NCBI RefSeq assembly: GCF_001194135.2
Contig: NC_068993.1
Coordinates: 22,655,604 to 22,719,603 of the forward strand
Reading direction: 5' to 3'
DNA length: 64,000 nt
From: Octopus bimaculoides
Taxonomy: Eukaryota
A program made the translations under genes and the position numbers. The notes under the pieces were generated by a model, which was given only the letters and a program-made list of their open reading frames with translations, searched no databases and had not been told where the DNA came from. How positions within the stretch are numbered: the first letter of the stretch is position 1; every line of letters begins with the position of its first letter. Of this stretch, positions 13,300 to 27,099 are shown one piece after another.

Positions 13300-15150
13300 C
13301 AATTATATGAAGAGATAATCTCAAACGTAATATTCTTGTGAACCATTCAATAAATTATGATTTCAAAAGAGTTGCAAAGGACCCATGCAAATTCAGTGAC
13401 GTGTGGCTTAAACAAATATTCATTATGACTTCATACATGAAAGCCAAATTCAGCAAGTCTCGTTTAGCCGTTTCATCGTGGATCTCAAAGCTCCTTTGTC
13501 ATCATAATTTTGCAAGGTATAACAACGTTTATGACTGGACAAAGAATTATAGAACAAGCAAATAACACTGATATGCTGAAGTGGATTCAGCGAAATTTAT
13601 TGTCATCAGAATCAAAGGAGATAGTGCGACAGCTTAGCTGTGTTGTGAAATAACTGGGAGAGGAAAACCGGAAGAAATCATTTCCAAAACACTCGACAAT
13701 TTTATTACGAGGTATTCCTGACATCTCTTTATGGAGGCGGTAGAAGAATGCAGATCCGAGATGCTCATATAGACAAACCTGTTTTCGGCATTCAGGCATA
13801 ATATATGATGAGGTAAAATCGTTAGGAAAGTTTTACACTTGCGTTTTTATAATTGTATTCTTTTGAAAAATTAACTGATGGAATTGTGTAAAAAATATTA
13901 TAAGGGCAAGAGAGATATTGCTTCTGTGATCAATGTTTCACCTGGATTTTCAATAATTAGTAATGGAGTTTGACAGACCTAGGGGGATGAAGCTATCGCT
14001 TTGTTTCCTGTATGCTAAAAAAAATTTGCGAGGCAGTCTTTACAATTGCAACACTGCAATTGGATATCACATTGCCAATGCAATCATTGATTAGCTTAGA
14101 ACATTTGAGTTAAAAAATATTACTTGGTTGTAAATATGACGTCTGTTATATAATGTCAGGAAAGAATAATTGTATGCAAGCCATGATAAATAGCATATAC
14201 CCAAAACTATGTTTGCTCATTGTGTTGCACATAAAGGGAATATTGTGAAGAAACACCATTATTTTTCCTTTTAGAGAGAGCAAGGGGATATCTCATTCTA
14301 AGTGTGCCATCACTACCCGAAACAAGTTGGATGGCATATTATAAACACATCAGGATATTTTTCATTACCATTAAAAGTATTTTTGAGCAGTTGTGTATTT
14401 TGATCACGTCAGATTCAAGTAAGCACGACAGTAAACTCTCCACTTGCAATATTTTATTAGTACATCAGCTTTTTTTCATGCGTCTGGTAGTAATTTCCTT
14501 TTAACTGATTGGAGTTCATAACACAAGCTCTCCAAGATGTTCAACTGAATGCAATAGAATTATATAGTCATGTCTAAGAGGTTCTGAGTGTGCTCCTTTG
14601 TCGCAGATAAAATACAGGACAAGTCAAGGAAAATATTTGAAAGATCAACTGCTAATAGAAAAGAGCACTGGACTAACTATCCCTTCCAAGTCAATGTGGT
14701 CGACAGAAATTCTGTTCAAATATTGGTGGCTGAATAGAATATTTTGCTCATTAAAACAGTGCCCTCATATTCATTCTATCACACCATAATTTAAAAGTTT
14801 ATTTGCTTCTGATATTAAACAGACATTTGGCTGTATTCAATTTATCTACAACAAGTAGTGAGGCTTACGGAGGAGCAATTCGTAGATGGCGCTTATCAAA
14901 TCGAAAACTTGGAAGTAGTTACTTGTTTTGAAATTTCATCAGAAGGGTTGGATGATGGATAAACAGACAGCCTTGAGAACATGCTTCAACAGAGTCATCA
15001 TACTTCCTCTTCTTCGGCAAGCTGTTCCCATCGTAGTATGCAGAGCAGCCTGCAGCATGGAAAGGTACAGACGGAAACCTAGTTTTAGTCAACAATACCA
15101 GATTAGCATCTATCTGGCCAGTGCATCATGAGGGTTAACAAAATAAAAGT
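13300..15150 (+). mobile_element. hAT-superfamily (ZMYM1-like) transposase remnant
   Basis: Colinear decayed motifs: FSII..E.D....KLSLCFLY (first catalytic D region), YD...MSGK...QAMI..IYPK, FAHCVAHKGNI (CxxH motif), SLPETSW (TRW motif), and a C-terminal VP....SMER / RLASI..VH dimerisation region. Confidence 0.75.
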
Positions 15151-15673
15151 ATTTGACGATGAACGTAAATCAACTAGAAAACACTTGAATTCGCTCCCGC
15201 GAAATATCTCTTTCAATATCTCTACAGCTCATAACATAAGGCATGTACATTTTCTTTTTTGCATCACTAATTTTTTTTTATCATTTTGTAATCTTTTGTT
15301 ACAAAAGCATATACATGTGGATGTATAGATTAAGCATTATGTGTGTATATATATATGCTAGATATATCAATATTCATCCCCCCTCTNNNNNNNNNNNNNN
15401 NNNNNNNNNNNNNNNNNNNNNNNNNNNNNNNNNNNNNNNNNNNNNNNNNNNNNNNNNNNNNNNNNNNNNNNNNNNNNNNNNNNNNNNNNNNNNNNNNNNN
15501 NNNNNNNNNNNNNNNNNNNNNNNNNNNNNNNNNNNNNNNNNNNNNNNNNNNNNNNNNNNNNNNNNNNNNNNNNNNNNNNNNNNNNNNNNNNNNNNNNNNN
15601 CATATGTATATATAGGCTATAACTATTTATGTATGTATGTATGTATGTATCTATCTATCTCTCTGTCTATCTA

Positions 15674-15735
<62 letters not shown>

Positions 15736-16049
15736 TTGTGTTTGTGTGTATATAATGTATATTTATAGCTATATTACATGCGCACACATATATTAATATA
15801 TATTGTAATACTTCAGTTAGAGCTGTAGATACGTTCCAAAAATGCAGTTCTAAATGAAACCTTGCTATACAGAGTTATTATAGCAACATAAATAGAGATA
15901 CAAGCTCGATAGTCTATCTTAACGGAGTTATTTACACGAAGGGAGGTGATAAACACCGTCAAACTACTAAAATAATCCAATTTTGAGGCATTCGATAATA
16001 ATAATAATTCGTTCCCGTGGTGCTGACACTGCAATACGGTTCTAAAGCG

Positions 16050-16800
16050 CATAATAGATGCATTATTTTGCTAACTCAAGCAGGCTGTCAATATAAAGCC
16101 CTTATCATGAGGTTTCCCTAAATCCTTCGCGTTATTATTTAGCATTATCTTTTCCTTTGTTAACTGAAAGGAAACATTCATGTTAGCTATTGCATACTTC
16201 AGATCATAGCTTCTTCCAAATATCGATGATGTAGTTCTGCATTGCTTTGTCAATGGATGCTTTGATATTATCTGTGGATTTCATAATATGGTGGTTCTTC
16301 CAAAAGTCCTTGATACACTGTTATCTTGGTCCACTGTTTTACTCAGCAAATTGCTTGAAGTTACAAGACCTCGATATCAAACACTACATTTTGGCGAAGA
16401 AAAATTCCTTTCGACAGGAATACAGGTCTAATATGTGTTGATATTTTAAGTGGATGGCTCGGAGCGTTATCAATCACTATCAATGTTCAGGGTTATGGCG
16501 TTTGCTTTATGCTTTTTACGATTGGATAAATACATGGCACTAACTATTGTGTACAAATTTCTGTCGTTATTCATGTCTCCTTGTTTGATTTCCAGATAAC
16601 AGGAATATACTGCCTTTATTGGTCCTCGTGTTTCTGAATGATAAACAAGCATCGGTCTCAACCCGGAGCTTCCTGAAGTGTCACTGTTAAGTAATTGTGT
16701 TAAATAATTTTTCTGACCTTCAACACCCACATGCGTCTTTGCTTCCCAGGAGGCAAAAGAGTGAGATTCCTTTTCTATAAATTTCCTGTTCATCTACATC
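16050..16800 (-). mobile_element. Tigger/pogo DDE_1 transposase remnant
   Basis: RKFIEKESHSF...LTQLL.S.TSG..GLRPMLVYHSE and VIDNAPSHP (revcomp near 16450-16478), typical of Tigger/CENP-B-like DDE domains. Confidence 0.8.
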
Positions 16801-17523
16801 AAATAGAAGTTAGAATTAGTATTTGGCTCGCTAAATGATACAGTTTTATTTCAGTCTTTGTATCCAGTCTCATGGCAGGAAGCTGAAATGCGAATAACTA
16901 GATTTGAGTTGCTAGCTGCCAAAATCATAAATAACTCTCGTCCCATATAATTGAGGACCATTTTGAATTTTTCGCTTGTACTCACGAAAAATATGTACAT
17001 AAATGTACATATGCACATATTTAGCATAAGAATGTAATTAGAGGTGATGAATGTATTATCAAGAGTCTTCCCATTAGATTTTCATCCGCATACAATGCCT
17101 TAATCTTTGCGTGGTGGATAAAATAAGTGTCAGTTAAGTACTAGGATCATTTATCTTCATAGGTATACAAGCCCATTATTTTAGAGAAAAAGTTGAACGA
17201 GGCATGGTGAGCGACAATGTATTTTCCAAGAGTAATAATAAGCTAAGTCAAACGAACAAATGTCAACCGAGTAGTATGGTTTTACAACATCAGCTGCAAG
17301 CATGAAAATTACATGGGCGTACGAATACGGAAGTTACGAAATAGCAGCTAATGTCACCCAGTAATGATGTTCCTTATTTCTTAGATCAGCTCCAACAGAA
17401 AGAATCTGGAACTAAACAATGATATGGATTTTCTAAGGAGTGTATAATTGATTACCACTATCTATTTGAATGGATTTTAATATATATTCTTTTCAAAATT
17501 TGGCACAAGTTCAGTAATTTCAG

Positions 17524-17712
17524 GGGAAAGGGTAAATGGATTACATGACCCCAATGCTCAAATGGTACTTGTTCTATCGATCCCAAAAGATGAAAAGCAA
17601 AGCCGACCTTGGTGGAGAGTGAACTCAAAGCATAACGGCTGACGAAATCCCACCCCCAAATAAAAAAGACAAAACATTACACATGCTGAGGGTTCTGCCA
17701 GCTCCCTGCTTT
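17524..17712 (-). mobile_element. SINE family C copy (degraded)
   Basis: Reverse complement of the aaggcggtgagctggcaga...gtcgactttgcctttcatcc...gtcgataa..aagtacca body seen at 27805-28020. Confidence 0.65.
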
Positions 17713-17950
17713 AATAAATTTTCATGAATCAAAAGCTAAATGCAATCTTGAAAGAATTTAAACTCAATGTGTAAGGGAAGAAATTAATTGCTAAGAATAT
17801 TTGACACACATAAATAATTGTTTAAGGTTTAGAAAATAAGAACAGAGGATGATAAATGTATCTTAGGTATGAGGAATTTAATCAGTGTAAGCTCATCATA
17901 TTACCAATAACCAATCATCGCCCCAAGTGAGATGTTTTCACTCTGGAGTC

Positions 17951-18009
<59 letters not shown>

Positions 18010-18010
18010 G

Positions 18011-18076
18011 TGGAGGCGCAATGGCCCAGTGGTTAGGGCAGCGGACTCGCGGTCATAGGATCGCGGTTTCGATTCC
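18011..18076 (+). mobile_element. tRNA-like SINE head (family A) running into an assembly gap, flanked by (TATC)n arrays
   Basis: ggaggcgcaatggcccagtggttagggcagcggactcgcggtcataggatcgcggtttcgattcc, with A and B boxes. TATC arrays at 17954-18008 and 18497-18531. Confidence 0.7.
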
Positions 18077-18496
18077 NNNNNNNNNNNNNNNNNNNNNNNN
18101 NNNNNNNNNNNNNNNNNNNNNNNNNNNNNNNNNNNNNNNNNNNNNNNNNNNNNNNNNNNNNNNNNNNNNNNNNNNNNNNNNNNNNNNNNNNNNNNNNNNN
18201 NNNNNNNNNNNNNNNNNNNNNNNNNNNNNNNNNNNNNNNNNNNNNNNNNNNNNNNNNNNNNNNNNNNNNNNNNNNNNNNNNNNNNNNNNNNNNNNNNNNN
18301 NNNNNNNNNNNNNNNNNNNNNNNNNNNNNNNNNNNNNNNNNNNNNNNNNNNNNNNNNNNNNNNNNNNNNNNNNNNNNNNNNNNNNNNNNNNNNNNNNNNN
18401 NNNNNNNNNNNNNNNNNNNNNNNNNNNNNNNNNNNNNNNNNNNNNNNNNNNNNNNNNNNNNNNNNNNNNNNNNNNNNNNNNNNNNNNNNNNNNNNN

Positions 18497-18533
<37 letters not shown>

Positions 18534-18595
18534 GAGTTACTTACGTTTCTTGCTTAAATAAAAGAAATTTTATTTAACAAACTGTGACACTAAAG

Positions 18596-18866
18596 ACCAA
18601 GGTTACCGTGGTCTTTTCGTAGGTTTTTCTTTCCACGGATAACCTCCCCATTTATTGGGAATTTTTTTGTATTATTTCGTATTATTTGTAAATACCCCAA
18701 ACGTTTTGCGATGTTTTTTTTCATCGTTGTCCCCACTTTTCTTTTTTTTCTGCTTTGTTTTCGACCCCCTCGAAAAGAAAAACTCTACATTTGTATTTTG
18801 TCCACTCTGTGTTGAGCCCTGTGTGGCTAATAAAGAAACCTATCTATCTATCTATCTGTCTGTCTA
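18596..18866 (+). mobile_element. Tx1-like retrotransposon 3' UTR (copy A) ending in (TATC)n
   Basis: Shares ggttaccgtggtctt...ccacggata and ccactctgtgtt..gccctgtg.ggcta.taaagaaac-TATC with 30020-30272. Confidence 0.75.
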
Positions 18867-19119
18867 ACAACACACGTACAATCACACATATATAGACTGT
18901 ATCTGCTCCTGTGATTAAATATCAATGTGATTCCGATGAGACGAATACAGAAATATATCTGACGGAAATTTAAAAGGGACATCAATTCTAGTGAAAGAAT
19001 GCATTCATTTCCTCTCGGAATCGACTGTCATATGAAGGAAATAGCGTTAAAATAAATATTTGTAAATGGTTAACACCACGTCTGTAACGGTACGCTGAAT
19101 GCATTCCCAAACCATGACT

Positions 19120-19630
19120 ATACTAACAAAAAAAAAGTTATGCTGTGTGCCTGGTGGGAGATGAAGGGTTTCGATTTTTATGAAGTGTAAAATCAAAAAG
19201 AAACCGTCAATGCTGAGAAATATTGTCTTCAGTTAGAAGCATTTCACAAAATTTTGTAGAAACAGCGCCCATCACTTGTCATTCGCATAGAAGTGTTGCA
19301 CTTATATGGTAAAGCAATACCATATAAGTGTTGCACTTATATGGTAACGCAATACCATATATTAACCAAGTCACAATGAAAACAATATGCATTAAACATA
19401 GAAGTTTGCCTCAGTCGACTTACTATCTTGTTGCTACCTCGCATTATCATCTTTTCAGATCATTGCAACATTATTTAGAGGAAAAACTGTTTATTAATTG
19501 TAAAAAGGTTGAAAATGATATTGAGTAATTCATTTCTTCAAAACCTGAAGAATTGTACACCTGAGGGATCAACAGTTTGCCAAATAGATGAGATTATGTT
19601 ATGAATAATGAGGAGAAACATCTTCTTAAG
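19120..19630 (+). mobile_element. Mariner DDD catalytic-domain remnant
   Basis: KKVMLCAWW.MKG...TVNAEKYC.QL..KQRPSL..LHLYGNAIP (LHDNARPH-like) ..YYLVATSHYHLFRSLQHYL (YSPDLAPSDYHLF-like) ..SKPEE.Y..GI..LP.R. Confidence 0.85.
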
Positions 19631-19828
19631 TAAATATATCAATATACCATAGAAACTTTTGTTTCTTTCCTGCATACGTAATACGTACAATATTGTCTCT
19701 GTTACGAGACAGCTTTTACAACGCTTAATAATGAATTCGATAGGAATTATAGTTTACCAGTCACGTTCTTTGATATCTGTATCATTGTTTGCGTCTATTG
19801 ATCGTATCATAATATATTTGTATGTCTG

Positions 19829-19876
<48 letters not shown>

Positions 19877-20410
19877 CATACACATTTGTATATACATAAC
19901 CATTCATACAGACATATAGTGTGCTACAAAAAAGACAATGTGATAAATATCAGAAAGCGAAAACAATGATAAAAATATCAAAGAAGTTGATTGATAAACT
20001 CTAAGTCTGATCTAATTCATCATTAAGTGCTGAGAAGGTAGTCTTTTAAATTTATTGTAGCTGGTAAATAAAGGTCTGTTAGAAAAAAATATTGTCAGCT
20101 ATAATAAAAAATACAACTGTAGATAATAAGGAAATTATTGATGAAACCTAAACGTTTACACTTCAGTTACAAGTGCTAAATACACTAATAACTAAATGTC
20201 TTTTGACAATTTCTTCTCCCTCATCTAGCTTATATCTTATTGCCACTCCATTAATACGAATAGCTAAATAAAAGCTGATGAATGTATAGGAACATCAATA
20301 TATAAGTAAATAGCATATACACATATATATTTATATATATGCGTACAATGTTCCCAATGATCAGTGATTTTCGTCCTCCGTAACGAGTGGACAGACAGAC
20401 AGACAGACAG

Positions 20411-20442
<32 letters not shown>

Positions 20443-20445
20443 AAC

Positions 20446-20500
<55 letters not shown>

Positions 20501-20501
<1 letters not shown>

Positions 20502-20800
20502 AACGGAAACTGAAAGAAACCCGTCATATATATGTATGTGCGTGTATGTGTGTGCGCACGTGTGGGTGCTTGTGTATGTGTGTGTGTGTCTGTGTGTCTG
20601 TGTTTGTCCTTCTGCCAACGCTTGACAACCGATGCTAATGTGTTTACGCCTCCATAAATTAACAGTTCGGCATATGAAATCGATAAAATAAGTACCATGC
20701 TTTAAAAAAAATAGTACTGGAGTCGATGCATTCGACTAAAAATTCTTCAAGGCGATGCCCCAGCATGGCCGCTGTCGTATGACTGAAACAATTAAAAGGA
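20501..20800 (+). mobile_element. SINE family B, 3' two-thirds with internal microsatellite
   Basis: cggaaactgaaagaaacccg-(TG/TA)n-tgtttgtcc...cgcttgacaaccgatgct...cagcatggccgc..tgactgaaaca; same as 43230-43525. Confidence 0.8.
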
Positions 20801-20994
20801 TATATTATCCTGACGGTTACCATGTTTCCTCATAATTCAGTTTCAGATGCCTGCTAACCACAACAGTCCTTTCCTGATACCTGAGTTAACAAGAAGTTGC
20901 TAGGGTCTGGTAACTATTCTGCCTTAGTAAATCCTAGTGTCATATTCAGGACTGCATAATTTCCGAAAATTAAGTAATAGTATTAATAATAATA

Positions 20995-21173
20995 AGGAGA
21001 ACGGAGATTTTTCATAGCCATAATTTTATTTAACAGCTATTTGAAGCATTCATTTCTGGACTTACGCGTGTTTCGACTGCAGTCGATACAGTTCAAATGC
21101 ACGAAGATGCAGAGAAAGATGCTGCAAATAACTGTTAAATAAAATTATGAATGTGAAAAATCTCCGTTCTCGT
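20995..21173. mobile_element. MITE with about 47-bp TIRs and TA target duplication
   Basis: Left aggagaacggagatttttcatagccataattttatttaacagctatttg; right caaataactgttaaataaaattatgaatgtgaaaaatctccgttctcgt. TA at 20993-94 and 21174-75. Confidence 0.85.
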
Positions 21174-21176
21174 TAT

Positions 21177-21566
21177 ACTCTTTTACATTTTCAGTGATTT
21201 GACTGGGGACATGCTGGAGAATATCTACTTCAGAATTTATTCTTTGGAAGCCTTGTACTTATTCTATCGGACTCTCCTGCCGAACCGCTAAGCTACAGGA
21301 ACGTAAAGATACCACCATCTGTTGTCAAGCGATGCTGGGAGAATTAACTCAGACACACAAACATACACACATACACACACACATATGTATATACATATAT
21401 ACGACGGGCTTCTTTCAGTTTCAGTCTACCAAATCCATTCACAAGGGTTTGGTCGGCCCGAGGCTACAGTAGAAGACACTTGCCCAAGATGCCACGCAGT
21501 GGGAATGAACCCGGAACCATGTGGTTGGTCGGCAAGCTACTTACCACACATCCACTCCTGCGCCTA
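21177..21566 (-). mobile_element. SINE family B, full-length copy
   Basis: Revcomp: aggcgcaggagtgg..tgtggtaag tRNA head (B-box ggttccgggttcattccc), CORE-like cttgggcaagtgtcttctact, internal (TA/TG)n, 3' tail ending gtaaaaga. Confidence 0.85.
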
Positions 21567-22583
21567 TCATTATTAATACTATATATATATATATNNNNNN
21601 NNNNNNNNNNNNNNNNNNNNNNNNNNNNNNNNNNNNNNNNNNNNNNNNNNNNNNNNNNNNNNNNNNNNNNNNNNNNNNNNNNNNNNNNNNNNNNNNNNNN
21701 NNNNNNNNNNNNNNNNNNNNNNNNNNNNNNNNNNNNNNNNNNNNNNNNNNNNNNNNNNNNNNNNNNNNNNNNNNNNNNNNNNNNNNNNNNNNNNNNNNNN
21801 NNNNNNNNNNNNNNNNNNNNNNNNNNNNNNNNNNNNNNNNNNNNNNNNNNNNNNNNNNNNNNNNNNNNNNNNNNNNNNNNNNNNNNNNNNNNNNNNNNNN
21901 NNNNNNNNNNNNNNNNNNNNNNNNNNNNNNNNNNNNNNNNNNNNNNNNNNNNNNNNNNNNNNNNNNNNNNNNNNNNNNNNNNNNNNNNNNNNNNNNNNNN
22001 NNNNNNNNNNNNNNNNNNNNNNNNNNNNNNNNNNNNNNNNNNNNNNNNNNNNNNNNNNNNNNNNNNNNNNNNNNNNNNNNNNNNNNNNNNNNNNNNNNNN
22101 NNNNNNNNNNNNNNNNNNNNNNNNNNNNNNNNNNNNNNNNNNNNNNNNNNNNNNNNNNNNNNNNNNNNNNNNNNNNNNNNNNNNNNNNNNNNNNNNNNNN
22201 NNNNNNNNNNNNNNNNNNNNNNNNNNNNNNNNNNNNNNNNNNNNNNNNNNNNNNNNNNNNNNNNNNNNNNNNNNNNNNNNNNNNNNNNNNNNNNNNNNNN
22301 NNNNNNNNNNNNNNNNNNNNNNNNNNNNNNNNNNNNNNNNNNNNNNNNNNNNNNNNNNNNNNNNNNNNNNNNNNNNNNNNNNNNNNNNNNNNNNNNNNNN
22401 NNNNNNNNNNNNNNNNNNNNNNNNNNNNNNNNNNNNNNNNNNNNNNNNNNNNNNNNNNNNNNNNNNNNNNNNNNNNNNNNNNNNNNNNNNNNNNNNNNNN
22501 NNNNNNNNNNNNNNNNNNNNNNNNNNNNNNNNNNNNNNNNNNNNNNNNNNNNNNNNNNNNNNNNNNNNNNNNNNNNNNNNNNN

Positions 22584-22657
<74 letters not shown>

Positions 22658-23167
22658 CTAAACAAAAATCCCACACATATATATACACCTATTTATGTGT
22701 CTATCTATATAATTCCTTCTCTGAATCTAAAGGGTCTTGTATATATATATATTATATGTATAAATAGCCTAACGCCTTCTTTCAGAGTAAAACACGTCAC
22801 AAATAACTAGTTATCCTGCTCAAGATATCAATTTCCATACAATTCTCTAAACAAGAATTAATGGTTACTTGAATAAAAACATTTGAGAGCAAAGTTGTTC
22901 AAGAAACAACAAGGCATAAATAAATGAATAGTAGGTGGACAGCAAATCCACATTTCACGATAAACTACTATATGTACTTAACAATTATTCTCTTCCTTTG
23001 AAACCAAGAATATTGACTAGAGTGGACAATTTCTGAGGAGAATACTTCTCAAGAGTTTCTTATATATTTGCTAAGCGGAAACTGAACTAAAAGTCTCTCA
23101 CTCTCTCTTTATTTCTCTCACGCCACGCACACACACACATGCACGCACACACACACACACAACCACA

Positions 23168-23216
<49 letters not shown>

Positions 23217-23364
23217 TTGTGTTTGTGTGTTTGTGTATGTATGTATGTGTGTGTTTGCATTATGTGTGTACTTCTACATAATGTGTGCGCGCTTGAGTTT
23301 GTCTAAGCGTATGAATTGCTTTGTGCATGCACTGCGCCTATATGTACTTGTGTGTGTATGCGAG

Positions 23365-23625
23365 TGTGTAAGAAATACATTGAGGAGACCTCTAGGAGTA
23401 TAGCGAAGAAGCTAAACGGTCACTGGAGAGAGTATAATGACGAGAAACACTCATCCATGCTCTATCAATATACCAGTGACAAAAATGGGGACACACTGAG
23501 CCGAATTGACATCTGAATTTTGTCCAAATACCCAAAGAACCCATCACTGAGACAAACATGCGAGTAAATCCTCATAAATAAAACATTACCCATGCTAAAT
23601 AGGAAATACACGTAGAAGATTAGAC
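23365..23625 (+). mobile_element. Penelope-like GIY-YIG endonuclease remnant
   Basis: CKKYIEETSRSIAKKLNGHW.....SMLYQY ... ILSKYPKNPSLRQTCE..LI..TLPMLNRK resembles the YIGET.R..RL.EH ... E..I...P.LN pattern. Confidence 0.65.
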
Positions 23626-24199
23626 TATACCAATGCAACAAATACCACCCATACAGTGTATATACAGAGGTACATTCGTAAGTAGGCAGTCAAGTAGATA
23701 AATAGGTAGGCAAATAGGTAATTAGGCTTTAGGTGGTTAGGTTAGATATATAGATTGTTAGTTAATTAGTTAATTATGTAAGTTAATAGGTTGGGAAACA
23801 GACAAGCAAATAAGTAGATAAGTAGATAAGTAGTTAAGTAGGTAGATAGACAGGTGCATCAATACACACATGAACACACAGAAGAATACATACATTCATA
23901 CGCAAGCATACGTCCACATTGGCACGCACACGCACAAACACACACATGCACTCACACACACACATACTCACACACACACATGCACACACACACACATACT
24001 CACACACACATACACACAACACGGTCTCAGGCAGATAATGGCTACCTCAGTAAAGTACTAAGAAGAAAGTCATTGAACATGTTGCAAGGATTGCACTGCA
24101 TTTAAATTGATGTAATGGTTGCATTGTTCAATTAAATGGAGTCGCTTGAAACGATCGTACTGCATTGCCTCCGGATATCCTGTTGCTTATTTATATATA

Positions 24200-24241
<42 letters not shown>

Positions 24242-25386
24242 NNNNNNNNNNNATATATATACACCTTTTTCTGTAAATAGTTGGAACAAACCATGTTGCT
24301 CTTGTAAAGAGTGCCAATATATCACACAAAACATTTTCAGATTAGCAGTATTTACTCTGAACTGCTAATTAAAATGGAATCCATCAAAATAAATGTCCTG
24401 CATAAATCTTCATCAAAAATACGTAGGTACGTAGGTAGATAGATACAGTACTCAAGTTGACATCCAATTCAAAGCCTCAGAGTGATGAGTATTAACAAAT
24501 ATTTTAATATCATAATGTTAGTTAGATACGTCGCAACTTAACATTATATAAAGGGTATTTTGAATATCTCAAAAGCATTGTAGAAAATATGTGGAACTTC
24601 AAGTCAAGATTGTATTCATTTAATTCCTCTTAGCTCGTTAATACCAGTTCGAAAGTAACGCGACTCACGTTTCCAAGATTTGGCAGCACCATGTATGTAT
24701 GAGTGGTCAAGTACTTGCAGAGAAATGAGTTTCTCTTTAATCATTTGAATTGGAGATTTAACGTATAATGAGAACCAATACTGAAGGCTATGAAATTGTT
24801 TGAAAATGTGTTCGCATTTCTATTACCTGCTGCATCCGGAATTGGGGTTTAAAAATACAAATTTACAATTATAAAACAATACTCGTTTATTACGTTTCTT
24901 ATTCGAACTCATGTCTATTGTTCGGAAATCTTTCCTCACACCCCCGTGACCTCCTCCGCGATACCGTTTTCATGTGTGCTCTTGCTCTTCTTATTCCATC
25001 CTATTCATCAATAATGTTTATCCTTATATGTATCATAAATATTTATCTAATTTTCTGTATTTTCCTAAAAATATATATTCTGCATTTAGTAATGAATCCT
25101 ACTATTTGCTTAGCATTTTTCTTGGAAAAATTCAAACCTAGTACAACAAATGAATGAAACCCTAAAAGTCAGCACTAACAAAATGCTTTCGTTACTTCAC
25201 ACAATAGCAGCAATATCTTTCTTACCTATTCATAATTTCGTGCACTTAACTATCAATACTTAAGCATGTTTCTTATAGAAACAACAATGTCCCATTGCTG
25301 CGAATGGAACTGCTGACATTAAAGCTTATAAGCTGACACTGTTTACTATACGAAATGTAACACAAAAGATTATCTTTAATCTAGAC

Positions 25387-25688
25387 CAGGGCTGGCCAAC
25401 CTGAGGCCCGCGTACCCCGCTTGATACTTTTTTGAAATAGGGTTATTTAAACAAACATCTTAAAAATTTTATCAAAAATTAAAGATTGTAATGAAAAGTA
25501 AAAATGAAAGATACTATTTTTTTTTGCAACGGTGATATTTCATGTTGATTTAACGATCATTCATTCATTATTGTAATAATGGCATGAGAAAGCAAAATGC
25601 TTTTAATTCTGTCAGTATACAAGTGGCTCTCAAAAAAACTTTCTGTAATTAAAGTGGCCCGCACTGCAATTCGAGTTGGCCAGGCCTG
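25387..25688. mobile_element. hAT (Charlie-like) MITE, 302 bp
   Basis: TIRs CAGGGCTGGCCAAC / GTTGGCCAGGCCTG. 8-bp flanks atctagac / gcctagat share CTAGA, the Charlie-type target motif. Confidence 0.8.
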
Positions 25689-26333
25689 GCCTAGATTCAG
25701 CATGCAACGTCTACTGTAAGTATCTCAACAGATACATCTTTCACTGATTAATCAAATTAGTTGCAACTCTGAAACCACCTTAACTTATTTCATTTAGATC
25801 TATGTATCTGTCTGTCTGCCTGTCTGTCTGCCTGTCTGTCTGCCTGTCTGTCTCTCTCCGTGTACACACACACACGCACACACACTCACACACACACATA
25901 TGTATGTATACAATTGAGGGGATTATTATAATTTAGGCTAGTATCTCATCAACACGTAACGTAGGAACCTGGTTAACGTAGTATTTCGTTCACAGAGGAA
26001 ACATCGATTAAACGCAAATTGATTATAGAGAGAAGCACTTCACAAATTCAAGCATTATTTCAGTAGGCATAATATATAAGCACATAATAATATGAGCCTG
26101 TGAATGAACAATAATGATTTTATCTTATTTTATTTTATTGCATATTCTGCTTCTTTTGCATAACTTCACATGTGATGCGGAATCAAAAGACTTTGCCTCC
26201 TGTTTGATCTCCATTCCTATTTCTTTCCTTCTTTATCTTTTTCACCTTGTATTTCTTTAAGGAAATCTTTTGAAATATTTGGAAACATAAAACAATAAAA
26301 AACATAAGGAGTCAAATGTTCTTTAACACTTAC

Positions 26334-26459
26334 TTTTGTTGATATCTTCATAATTGGTGCTTCTTTGAGACTGATAAATGTCTGTGATTTTGAAATAAGT
26401 TGAGGCATTCCTGTCTTTCGTCACATCGTTAAACAACGAGGATAATGGTTGATACACAC
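26334..26459 (-). CDS. Coding exon (2nd found) of the same iGluR-like gene
   Basis: 126-nt phase 1-1 exon with strong sites: tttcAG|GT at 26460/26459 and AA|GTAAGT at 26334/26333. Encodes (G)VYQPLSSLFNDVTKDRNASTYFKITDIYQSQRSTNYEDINK(T) and joins in frame to the 6029 exon. Contains an N-glycosylation sequon (NAS). Confidence 0.7.
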
Positions 26460-27099
26460 CTGAAAGTTTACAGTATAAATTGAGACAAAGCAAACATATC
26501 GCAATAGTAAAAAATATCAATTAGTATAAGGATTTTACTACCGAAAACATATTTAAAAACTGTAGTGACGACTGCAAAATGTAATTCAGATTATGGTGAG
26601 TCAAATTTCTGGTAGAATTTTCAAATCTACTGGAAGCTGTTTCAGTTCAAATACGTTGTTAATGCAATTTGCAGCTTTCTGTTTGAGTTGAATTTATACA
26701 TATCATCAAATAAATACATTATACCCTGTGACAAGAAAACCATGTTCTATAAATTGAAATTTCCATTTCATACTCCAAATAACCATTTGATAGAATTTTC
26801 TGGAATCTCATATAAGTGAGGCAAATTTTATAATTCGTAGAAATAAATCGAGTGAATAATCTATTTCATATATTTAATGTATTTAATAAATAAATACTTG
26901 ATAAATGTATTTTTAATTAAAATGTATTTGACATCCCTATAGATGATATATATCAAATTTTTAAATATATATTGTGAAAAAGAATATCTATCTGATGAGT
27001 ATGTGTTTGATAAATGTCATCTTGAAACGGCATCAATAATTTAATAGTTGTTCCAAATTACTGTTAAAGAAAAACAATATTTAATATTTCACTTTGTTA

